Origin: Takakia lepidozioides
Taxonomy: Eukaryota; Plantae; Bryophyta
Assembly (NCBI GenBank): GCA_030704615.1
Contig: CM060732.1
Location: forward strand, 42,532,001-42,596,000
Direction: 5' to 3'
Length of the DNA: 64,000 bases
The number at the start of each line of letters is the position of its first letter. Positions within the stretch are counted from its first letter, which is position 1. Below, in pieces: positions 52,420 through 63,986 of the stretch. The notes beneath the pieces were generated by a model that ran no database searches, was not told the origin of the DNA, and saw nothing but the letters and a program-made list of their open reading frames with translations. The position numbers were made by a program, and so were the translations under genes.

Positions 52420-53172
52420 TTATTTAACTTTGACACGAATGGCGAAGTATATACCAAGATAATCAGGCTGACTTGTCCACGGATGGAAAACAGAAGGATC
52501 CAAATATCGCCCATACCAAGACCATAGTGGATGATTCCGATCTATCACTGCGTGAGATGCTTTCGCAAAGCTCTCACTCACATACTCAACAACACTGGAT
52601 ACTCTTATCATGTTTGAGATGAATTGCCACACTGCATCATTTATATTAGACAGCTTATTTTTTTACCCATTAAAAGTAAGAAGGAAATATCCAGTATTTG
52701 CAGGGTTTCTCAGTGATTTTGATGGTTCATCATCCACAAGAAGGATTTGCCCTTCCCTCGCAAACGTTTTTCCATGAAAACTAGCAAGAACGGTTTGAAT
52801 ATCCTTAATGAGATATCTCATCTCAGGCTTAATATAGCCGGCTGTCGCTTTGCAATGCTCATTGGACCAAACAAAAGAGAAGAGCTTCATCATATCAATG
52901 GGCACAAAACATTGTAGCATCTTAAGAACAATGTTTGTTTCAGAGCAAGACCAAATGACGACATGAAAGTTTTCAAAAAGAAGCCTCAGGAACTCCACCA
53001 CTCCAGGCCGAGGAATAACAAAAAGAGTATTGGGGACCATAATGGTCACATTTCTCCCTGAAAATCTGTATTTGAATATCTCTCTTCCGGTCGGAGGTGG
53101 TCGATAGCAAAGGAGACCATTAACACTCAATATTATGAGCTTCATCCGCCTCTTCGGAGTAGAGGCATCCAT
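52420..53172 (-). pseudogene. FCP1/NIF-like HAD-superfamily phosphatase homologue (premature stop at 52663)
   Basis: KLIILSVNGLLC...PRPGVVEFLRLLFENFHVVIWSC...YLIKDI...ILLVDDEPSKSLRNP; continues in frame as 52420-52632. Confidence 0.8.
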
Positions 53173-53556
53173 GTCCGAAAAAACATAATTCTCCTAAAAC
53201 TTATGTAATTGAGATTAATGCATATAGAACACCTATGCAACCTCGACATTTATGTCGAGGTGAATGCATCCTTGAAACTCACCGAAGACAATACGAATAT
53301 CTCCACGATACTACAGAGTCTTTATGAGGATATACCTAATGGATAAATGAATCACAATACTTCAGACAAACATTAAAGAAAGATATGCAGCTACTACACC
53401 TTCTGAATCCCTCTTGATTGAGATTCTGCAGAACAAATTCTATACACTTACACAACGTGGACATAGACTAAATCCATGACGATGATGGTGTCATCTGGTT
53501 GTGGGAAGAAAATTCAAATATCATAAATTCTTTCTGTTCAACTGAAGAGAATGAAT

Positions 53557-54370
53557 CTACAATCGATAATCATCAGCGGACCAAATGATAGCATCGTCCA
53601 CATGGTCGATTGAATATACATTGATATGCAGATACATTACAAGAATCAGTCGGTTACCTTCTGCAACCCTCTCGACTGAAATTTTGTAGAACAAGTGCGG
53701 GAATCGGTTGAGAACTGAAGGGACAGTAAGACATCTGACGCAATCTTCACGTCTGAGCAAACCATAAGCCTCTTACGAGTGAATGGAGATTTCTTCAAAC
53801 ACTCCAAAGTTTTCGAGCTAGACGCGCGACATAAATTATCCACTTGCTTTTTCCTTTCAAAGATTTGGACGTTGAGTGCACAATGGGATGACATGAGGCC
53901 ATTTGGAGATACATCCGGATTTGATATCTTCATATCCTGAATTGAACGTCAAATACTAAGATTACGTTGGATAAGATTGAATGAGGAAAACAAAACAAAA
54001 AAGTATAGGAAATAATTCACCTTGTTCCTCCTCAAGTGTCCATGTGTCCATCCATGATGTTGTGGGGTAAACGTTGGGATTTTTCTCCGGGGCAAGTCGT
54101 CCACTTGCTGTACATCGTCAATACCTGAATGAGTTGTAATTGGACTGACGTTGTGTTCAATGGATTGATGATATCACCCGTCATCAAGCTTGTTAACCTC
54201 TTCAAGACAACGTTCCACCACAGCAAGAGAGATCTCTAATGGTTGACTGTCACTCTGTTGAGTGATAACCTTGTTTTCGTTCAAATCCTCCAACTGAGAT
54301 CTAATAGACTCAAGTCTTGTGGAAACTCTATTGTCACATTCAATAACACGGTGTACAGACTTTGAAACCT
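53557..54370 (-). pseudogene. Unknown spliced gene fragments (coiled-coil segment plus C-terminal domain)
   Basis: Exon-like ORFs 54174-54370 (RLESIRSQLEDLNENK) and 53557-53938 with GT/AG boundaries and frameshifts. Confidence 0.4.
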
Positions 54371-54629
54371 GTAATAGACAGGACATGATCAAATGAGACT
54401 CAACCTTGATACATCCTCGACATTACTGTCGAAGTTAGTGGAAAGTACACTTAGTGGACAACACAGGTTCTATGATGAAACAACGTCATCAAACGATAAA
54501 ACACTTAAAAGTTTTTAGCTACTTACAATCTTAGCATTCATACGGAACAACAACGATGTAAGCCTACAAAACATGCTCTCAAAATTTGCACAAAGTGAAT
54601 ATGTCCATTTATTCTACATGGGGTTCTAG

Positions 54630-55350
54630 AACCCCAAATTGTATATCCAATCATTCACAAATAAGATAATCGTTGCGAGAGCTCTTAGAAAAGATCTAAG
54701 ACTGTCATATTTAGGATCAGAAAGGCTCTTGGGTCCAACCCCAATCCGGTTCTTAACAACATAGTCTGGGACATATTATGGATTCTCCAGCATCCCATCA
54801 AGAAACTTTTGAAGCACCAACAAGTAGCTGTTGTCGGTCTCATTTGACTCAAATGTCTTCAAGAATAAGCATGACCCTAATTGAATAGACATTTCAGAGG
54901 AGTATCATCAATCAGAAGCGTATTTCTGTCATCGAACTTTCCTTTCGTCTTCACCCATAGCCCCGCAAGTGGCTTCAGAAACACGTTCGGGGAGTTTTTT
55001 AATCTATCGTTATAGTTTGGATGGACTTTGCTACGACACGAAAGACAATCCTCCTGCGACATAATGAAGTCTGGTTGTGGTAACCCCTCCAGCATGATAT
55101 CAAGGACGGGCTTGAGGTTCCTTAGCTCCATGCAGTTCCGAATAGCTAGGTGGAATCGCTTATGTAAATGCTTCCACACTTCTCGATATTTCTCTCGCCT
55201 AAAAATTTGCCTTCTAATGACCACAATAGGAATGTTGAAGTCGTTCTCGGATTATTTAGGCACAAGATTATTAGATCCTTGAGACCGGATGATTTTGCAG
55301 AAAACACCGTTCAGATCAAATATAATCAGACGAGATTTACTACTATCCAT
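54630..55350 (-). pseudogene. Second FCP1/NIF-like HAD phosphatase homologue, with stops
   Basis: MDSSKSRLIIFDLNGVFC (from 55350)...FHLAI...SQEDC...VFLKPL...NTLLIDDTPLKCLFN. Confidence 0.8.
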
Positions 55351-56245
55351 AAATAAAGACGTAGCTGGTGGTCGAATATGTGGATGAATAGAAGAACAGA
55401 GTAAGGGATTGATTTTCAGCAGAAAATAAGGTGTCAGTCGAACATATAAAACTTCACCTCGACATTAATATCGAGGTAATTTACCATGCGTGATAAAACC
55501 CGGAGTTGCATCCCAATGGTAAAAATGAAAGATATCACTGAAAAATGTGTTCATACGAGCGTTCGCAATCCTGGAACTTACTCCCTGTGGCTACATGGCC
55601 ATACTTACCATGTTAACCACATATTCCATAACATTTGCCTTAACATAACATAATATTTGCCATAACATAAAGCATTTGCCAGTGTTTCAAATAAAGTCTT
55701 GTCGTTGCCACCCTTTCAATGAATCCTAGAATTCAATGGGTTAAGTTGTAAAAAAAACTATAGAGTGTAACCTGATTAGAAAACTCAAAACAAAGCAAGG
55801 AATACTTTTTATAAATATAAGAATAAAGTCATACCTACTTGTGAGCCTTCTGTGTTGCTTGCTGGGGACTCGTCACTTCTCCGATGGAGTCGGCGGTAAC
55901 CTCGCCATTGAGGTCAATGTTCCCACAAAAGTTGTTGTTAGAGAAGTGTTCTTCACAGTCACATCTACTAGTCTGTTCGAAGCGTTGTTCTTCGAAGTGA
56001 GAGGTCTCAACATTTTGGATTTTGTCATCTGCATCTCAACTCATGGGATTTGAATTATGTTCTATTTAACAACAATTCGAAGACTCAAGTTTTTTGCTAT
56101 AAAAATGACATGTGAATATCTTAAAACAATGGGAAAATCTGATAACCATTTACACAACCAGCTTTGTATCATATATCACGTACATTTTTGTGGTCCAATT
56201 TGGTTTTCATCCTCCGCTCTCTGCTACGCCCCGCTATTGGGGATA

Positions 56246-56917
56246 CTATGCCGATTGGAAAATCACCAACAGCCGGCGTGAATGTGTCAGGCTCGGATCA
56301 TCAGCAATAGTGATTGATACTGTCTCTATAGCTTGCTTATTTGGTACTTCTAGATTATTGCTTCTAACACCTACATCTCCGAGACTCTCCACAATCAGAC
56401 TCTCCAAAACCACGATCTCCACAACCCTATCCAAGTCCTCCATATTGATCTCATCATTGATTACCCTCATTATTACCCTCATGAGCCTCGTGAACTACCT
56501 GCTTAACATGCTCATTTTTTTTTATTTCCTCAACCGTCTCGTTGTTGTCAGGACCACCAGCTGATCCAACTGCTCCAATTGTTTCAAGCTTTTCAGCCCC
56601 CTGCTGTTCAACGTCATCATCATCCTCCTCCGGATCATTGTCCTCAGTGGACTCGTCCGAGCTCCCACCACCCTCTTGACCATCAATTCCATCTTCTGCT
56701 TCCTCATCAGCATGTGGTTCTTCCTCAATCTCCTCTTTGTTCGAAGCATCCACTTCGTCCTCAGTGTCCTCATCCTCATCAGCGACCTCCGCAACCTTGT
56801 TTGTGTCAGAGGCATCGTCATATTTTTCAGCATCTCCTTCTTCCTGAAACTTTATTCATTTCTCCACTTCGAGGACCTTGAATGTTGTCTCCATCTTATC
56901 ATTGCAATGTTGAACAT
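56246..56917 (-). pseudogene. Highly acidic (D/E-rich) low-complexity protein fragments
   Basis: EEIEEEPHADEEAEDGIDG...DNDPEEDDDDVE; frameshifted ORFs. Confidence 0.45.
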
Positions 56918-57090
56918 GGCTCTTCAAGTTTACATCCACAACACGAACTCTGTGCGCCTACAAAAAGATCTGATGACTGTTATTTCCAAGTCAACAAAAT
57001 TCAAATGACAAGATCAATATAATAGTAGTGGCAGTTGACGTCGACATTCATGTCGACGTTTGAGTCGTAACAACAAGGAGGTGATTATCC

Positions 57091-57934
57091 TTAGCTCACC
57101 TGAATATGGTAGCTGAGCATAGGACCACCAAATATATTGAAGGCTGACATCCCCTCCTGACAGAACTGACCGACAAGGATTTCATAAACCTGACTCCGTA
57201 GCTCGTGCTTGTACACTCTTAGCTCCATTTCTCTGGCACTGAGCTCAACTTCTATGCCATGCAGCACGGGTTCCAAGGGCTTCTTGAAAAGAGTTGTCAG
57301 GATGTGTGCATCTGGGGTCTTGAGATGGTTCTTTGTTGCAGGAAAAACGTAGTTGAGGCATAATATAGGGCGTGCGGAAGCAGTAGAGGTGGTTGCGTAT
57401 TTACGCTCCTCTGATCCAGGGAGTAGACTCCCTGAAGAAGAATGTACTTCGTGGAACCCCCACCGTACCGCACGTAAGAAACAAGATTTGATGAGGAAGC
57501 TTGGGTTGAGAAGAACACAAATACGTTTGAAAAGACATTGCGCTTCCTAAAGGCAAACAATATGGTGATGTAGTCTTTCCTCTCAAACACAAGATCATCT
57601 CTGTCTCCAATTGTGTTCACAAAGACCATACCAATGTTTTGAAATTTCTTCCTGCTGAAGAATGAAAGATGGCTGACAGCGTTCGAGAACCTCCTCTTTG
57701 CACCTAGCATGACATAACGGTCCTTGAATGATCGTGTCAGGTCGTCGTTGTAGGTCGTCATCTCCTCAATTTTCTTCTTCCAAGACAGTATATAGCTCCT
57801 GAATGGCTCCGGGATCGAGGGTGTCAACTTGTTCATATTGGCCTTGTATGCCAGATATTCCGCCGTTGTTTTGGACTGCATGGCTTTAAAAACTGTCTTA
57901 GTGATTTTGAGGTCATGTTTCACCTTTGTCCATT
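57091..57934 (-). pseudogene. Unknown protein fragment, 5' end disrupted by the LTR insertion
   Basis: ORF of more than 200 codons (57297-57934) plus 57091-57276; no motif recognised. Confidence 0.45.
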
Positions 57935-59270
57935 TGTCGTGCGCATACATATCGCTACACAACTACATCGCTGTCCAAACCACACCACGCATATATGCAC
58001 AATAAAGTAGTTTGCCACAATGATAAGAAAGAACTAAACTCAAATAACAAGATAAACACAAAACACAACACCATCACTCTTTAAAATAATAGTCGAGCCA
58101 GGGGCACCCCAAGCTATGGGGACTCCACCCCACAACAACCTATCATCCCTTCATAAGCACACTCAGGTTTTGAACGGTGAAGGAGCTCGGTCGTGCAGGC
58201 TCAACTCGAGAGAGATGAGCCGCACGACTGACGCTCTCGTGAAGATAAGACGGTTCAGGTGTCAAACTAAACTTGACACCTGACTTAACACTTGAACTAA
58301 ATCCAAGTGTTAAATACAAATAACTAGCTTTATTCTAGTTAGTTTCACACTGTGTTTATTTAACTTGACAGCTGTCGTGCGCATACATATCGCTACACAA
58401 CTACATCGCCGTCCAAACCACACCACGCATATATGCACAATAAAGTAGTCTGCCACAATCGCCCCCCTAGCTGGTGGATAGGTCCCTCTAACTCCAGATA
58501 GCTACAAGATGTAATAGCCACAGCCGTACTAAGTCCTCTATCACTGTCCCTATTGTACTCAAACTCTATAGACCAAGAGATCGGGTACAAGAGTAGCCCC
58601 ATCGTTAGTCACCGTCTTGCAATCTGTGAACTTGAGCCAGGATCTCGTGTGTTCAAGGTCTCATAGTAGCTTGGCCTTGCGTTTCTTGTTAGCCTTCTAT
58701 GGTTGTATCCACTCCCACTATCCAATGCAATGTGGATATAATCAATCCCCATCCGGAACCATCTCAAGAGGTGGAGTCAAGCATCCCATATGCCAACCTC
58801 TAGAGCATTGATCACACACCAGCATGGTGGCTGCCCCTCTAGCAGACCTACACAACATGCACCTCAAACTTGCAGATACCACTGCCAGGTTTGGGTCAAT
58901 CCTGCCATCGACATTCGGAAGGTGACGTGGCACACAATTACGCACATGGTCCTTCCAAGTTATGCCATCCCGACCCTCCAAGATCAAGACGCCTGAGGGC
59001 AAGACCTCTCGAACCCTCAAAATAACACGTCCTGCAGTCACATCCAAGGTCGTATGAGCAGTCTGCTGCAGATAGACATAGTCACCAAGGTTGAATCTCC
59101 GAACCCCAGGACGATAACCCCCACCACGTATGGTAGCATACCTCAACGTATCACGATGTTGTGCAATGGCAAGGTTCTCCAAAGCCATGGCCATAACTTT
59201 CTTGAACAACTCTGCACGCTGCTCAGATACACGTGCCCACACGTCCGGATCGTCAAGGTTAAGAACTGTT
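57935..59270 (-). mobile_element. 3' fragment of a Ty3/Gypsy element: integrase C-terminus with PHD finger, PPT, LTR (58021-58457) and an 85-bp second LTR start (57935-58019)
   Basis: AMALENLAIAQHRDTLRYATIRGGGY...CMLC...MLVCDQCSRGWHMGCLTPPL. PPT AGGGGGGCGAT precedes TGTGGCAG, and the LTR ends ...TTATCA. Confidence 0.85.
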
Positions 59271-60043
59271 CACTGAAGTTTGCGTCTCTTCTGCTTTTAT
59301 TATAGATTTTGGTTGGCGGAAGAAATGTAGGGAATGGACAAGCAGTCTGAACACAATGATTTTTCAAATCGTCAATATATTCATTAAGTGTTTCAGAACT
59401 GTACAACAAAATGATCCAAATGAGACTTTGCTATGGTGAGGATCCGCTATCACTGTCCGATGCATCCCCGCCCTCATGCAAGGATGGCTGCCTTCCACCT
59501 GCCTCCGAACCTGCACTGCCGCTACCGCTGTTACTCTGAGAAGCCCTCCCCTCAAAAATACCATCCTCACCAGCCGGAACTGTCCACTGGGTGCGGAAGT
59601 CTCCTCGACATTCCCCTCGCTCTCGGACGCGGATTCTATTACGAACTTCCCTACTCTGCCTTCACAATTCTATGTTTGGCCTCACGCCTCATTATAATTC
59701 TCTGCTCATTCCCGTATGTCAATTGCTCTAACCGAGTAGGCCTATCATCCCTCCTGATGGCTTCTTTGGCAACCGTGTCTGCATAGGCTGGTAGAAAAAA
59801 AGGGCTTCTGGGGACTCGCGAGAAACGATTTTCTGGCAAAGAATGGCCGATGCGATTCTGTCTCCTCCTCTGCAACAGGGTCCGATTCGAGCAAGTCTCC
59901 CAGCTTCTCCTCGTCGGACGACTCTGCAAAGCTGAGTGTACGCACAAACATAGAATGAAGTACATTAGAGAATTCAAACAGGGAATCATCGGCAGGTTGC
60001 ATGGTCCCTACAACCGAAACCAATACACTTACTATGGTGCAAC

Positions 60044-63000
60044 TCACTCGAAGACAGGCATTGGGGGAAGCGGCTTCGGGCGCCCCTGCATCGAACGAAT
60101 TTCCCGGACTTCCTCCTCTTCATCTTCCTCCTCTCCTTCCACGTCCTCTTCTGCGTTTTTGGGATCCTCAGTCGGAGGCAGACGCTGAAGGCCCGCCAAA
60201 TTGTAATCGTACAAGGCCGTATCCCCCTCAAATGAGAACACAAATCGGTTCGACATCCTTCCCGCCCACATACAGGCACCTGCGAATTCATACGACAACC
60301 ACAGCCAAACTCAAGAATGAGTCGCTTCCTCGCACAAGCAAACATACAGAAACGGAAATGGTGTCAATTTCGGTGACGCATTCAATTAACGTTCTCACCT
60401 GTATTTGCAGTGACGTCAAGGACCCTGCCTTCAACATCCGTACCCGTTTCCAGAGCGTCTGGATGAATGCAGGACTCCTGGTCCTGCCATACCTCCATGG
60501 CTTGCCGACAAATCACAAAGAATGTCCTTCTCTCCCACATGGTTGAATAGGACGTTATACTCCAGTGGATCAACTGTGGAATCAACAAGTCTTCCTGCTT
60601 CACGTAATTTGAATTTCGAATGTTCCTTCACGAAGCAAAATGCCTGAAAGATAAGAGTCTGCAGAGAAGGAAATGAAAACGTCAGAGGTGGCCTACATGT
60701 ACAGGGGCAATTTCGGCCCAGAAATTGACATAGCAGAGGAGAACCACAGCATACCTTCTGGCCATCGTTGAGAAGACCCTGCGTGTTGATGCAAGTCCAG
60801 ATCTTTTTCAGGATGGGTGCTGCACTTCTCCCCGTCCATACTTTGATATCATTCTCAGTGACTTCTCCATCGGCTGCTAGCACAACAAACACAGCCAACG
60901 TCGTCCAACATGTTGGCTGCGAACCCGAATGTGTGGCTCCAGTATCGTTCGTCGTACTTGTTCCACCAGGGAACTGAGCCCAGCCCCAGTATCTCCTGCC
61001 CATCCGGGATATCCACAAGGATCATGTCGATGGAGGCTTTCACCGCCCTGCCCCCGACTGTGTTCTTTTTGCCGTGGCTCATCGCCACAAAAACTCCATC
61101 ATCTTTGTGTAGCCAGGAGTGTCCTCCATATCATTGCCAGTGGCCTTCCTCTTCCCTTCCCCTGGTGGGCCTCGATCGCCTTCCTCAAACTCGTTATCTC
61201 CAGCCTTCTGGTCAGAGCAGTTAGGAAATTTTCATTAACACACTCCACAATTGTGGGTGTTTTGAGGACTTCCCTGCCCGCAATCTGCACCGCACGGTAG
61301 GGTCTGCCAGGTGCATCCTCGTATAGTGATCTCTTCGCAGCCGACCCCCCGGAGCGCTGGCCCTTGTGAATTTTCGGACGAGGTGTGGCCCCCTGGGTGT
61401 TTTCCTGCTGGAAATCGTCGTCCGAATCCTCCTCATCTGGCTGACTGTGTTGCTGCTTCTTCTTCTTGGGTGTGGGGGTCTTCGTCTCTTGCCCCTGTTT
61501 GCGCGTTCTTTTCTTCCTGTCCTTGGGCTGCTCAGCTGCCTGCTTCTCCATCTGCTCCTTCGCCAACGCTGCCGCCTTGGCTGACTTTCTCAGTGCTTTC
61601 TGCTTGGCTGCCTCCTCTGCTTTCAGTCTTTCCGCGTCCTCTGGTTGGGGATCCGATTGCGCCTTCATAGCCCTGGCATTCGCTTCCTTCTTCAAGTTAA
61701 CCTCCGAGAGGTCAACGGTCCCACTTGGGAGATCCACATACCAGGGGCAGTTTACCAAATGCTCGGCATGCCACTCCTTCGCCATTACTTCTGTGTACAT
61801 CGTTCCACGACCTCCAGGTGTCCTCCACGCCAGGACGAATGGTGGAACCCTTTGAATGGCTCCGGACGGAATGAGTGCAAAGTTTATGTACCTGCAATCA
61901 CGAGGCAGTTCAACAAAAATCATTCTACCGATGCATCATGCAAGTGGAAGTTGTCAATGCACAAGGTATTTTGGCACCGAAATACGGAGTGGACCGTGCC
62001 CAATTACCCAGAACTCACATCTTGCAGAGGTATATTTCGGCGCCGCAATATCCATCGCTGCTTAACCAAATCATCTAAACTGCAAATAGGGGGATGCATT
62101 GTCAGCAGATTACCTGAACAGGACACGCATTGCCGCTTTGTCGACACCCTCCTGCTCTTCGATGTATACGCTGCGTCTTGCCTTTGCAATTTCTCTGAAA
62201 AAGAGGTTTGCGAAGCGCCCTCGCCACAACTGCACGTAGTTCTCCATTGTCTCAGGCTTCGTCCAGTCGATCTGTAACTTGAAAGTGGTGGTGTTGCAGT
62301 CCAATTGCTCCTGGGCGTGGGTCAGTACCTGCATCATGGCAGGTTTCCGAAACATTCATGATTTTGAAATTGCGACGATGTCCAACACAGAATAGGAGAA
62401 AATTATACCTGATGCCACCAAGTCATGACATTGAGCCAGTCGTTCATTTTGTCGTCTGTTGGCTCGATGGGAAAGTGTGTACAGCAGCTTCGTGTTTGTA
62501 TGGCCGTTCCAGATTCGCAGCCACCTCGTCTGCAGCCACCTCACATCGGTCAGACAAGAGCTCCAACATAAGAATCGCGAGAAGTCACAAAACAAGAATA
62601 AAACATGCTTACCTTCTCCGCTGGCTCAACACAGGACACTGCGATGTGATGAAGTTTTCCAGGACATTTCCGGTTTCATGGGTCTGGAGTAATGCAGTCC
62701 TATCTCCGCCAGCATCGGCACCAAGACCAGGGTCAGCGATTGCAACTTGCTTAACAAGTTTGGACCTGTACTTGGTCCGGGATTGCTTCCCTGCCTGCAC
62801 AATATGACTCTCTATCGACGCGTCCGCCTTGTTGGGGCATCATTCTCAAAGAACTGCCTTTTGGCATAGGCCAAGTCATCCCTGATGTTCGTCTGCATTC
62901 CCATACCCAGCAGATACAGTCAGGCCACGGATCCCCTGCAACAAATAACATTAAATTGATACTGAAATTTGAGATGAACCTCACCGAATAGAGGATCTCC

Positions 63001-63986
63001 ACCCTGGCGTCCAGTGTTGGTCGGTACCAGGTGCGATCTGCTTTCGCTAGGGGACTTCCTGTACAGCTCGGGATCGAGGGACTTTTGGAAGTCCGTCAGC
63101 GGAGCTGTCCCCACTTCTTGCACTCTGTAGAGCGTATGTGCCAGATGAGTTTCCACGAAGGCCCTCTCTGTTACCCTGCCATGAGAAAAAAACAACATGA
63201 AAATATGATTTCGGCACAGCAATCCAATTTCCAGTTCATAGAGTGCATGACAGTGGTGAACATTGCCTATTTCGGCGCCGCAATAGGCAGTACACAAGGA
63301 TGTAATTGTATACTTACAGATTTATATCCGCCATGGCACCCTTCAACAGTCCTCTGTCCCTGACGTCCACCTTCACGACAATGCAGTCCACCATGTAATG
63401 CCAACTGATATCTTGCGGATGCATTTCAGCAATGTACTATGTCCAGGCAAGCATCCTGTGGTTCCCGTCCCAAACGAAGAACATCTTCCCTTCCATGTGT
63501 GCGAATGTGGGATTAGTCTTCAGATAGGCTTCAAACTCGGCATTAACAGTGTGCGACCCCCGTCTGTACCCTTCTCTGAAGTTGTGCTTCAGTCGATCGA
63601 TATCCCCTGGCAGTGCTTGCCTTACAACTGGAAGGCTTACCATGCGACACAAAGGAACTTTAAGGTTCTCGGGACACACCATGGAGCCCAAAACGCGGCC
63701 TATGTTGCTATGAGTCTCTGCCAGCAACCTGTTTGCTGTTTTGCTCCTCCGCAAGCTCCAGCAGTTTCTGATCGTCGCCAAGTCGTACCACGTTATCGTC
63801 CTCTCCTTCTGTCAGTTGAATGGGCCGCCCTTCTGCAGATCCGACTCCCACATCTCCAATTCTGAAGCTCCTCTGCAGTGGGGCCCCTTGTGACACCCTG
63901 GTCATTCTCAATGGAAACGTAGAATGCTGCTCCACCGCATCTGTGTTTTCTGAAATTGATTGCAAACCCAATATCTCCGCTTCCAA
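60044..63986 (-). pseudogene. Spliced gene encoding a ParB/Srx-like N-terminal domain and a beta-class (N6A/N4C) DNA methyltransferase-like C-terminal domain; frameshifts/stops
   Basis: N-terminus: VPLCRMVSLPVVRQALPGDIDRLKHNFREGY...KMFFVWDGNHRMLAW...GAMADIN. C-terminus: IDMILVDIPDG (motif IV), then PWRYGRTRSPAFIQT-LETGTDVEGRVLDVTANTG|ACMWAGRMSNRFVFSFEGD (motifs X-I-II across an intron), followed by an acidic tail. Confidence 0.7.

Noticed and set aside
60431-60540. EKDILCDLSASHGG as the MTase SAM-binding motif
   Set aside because: The better motif I (RVLDVTANTG, continuing after the intron) lies downstream in another frame; this one appears coincidental around a frameshift.
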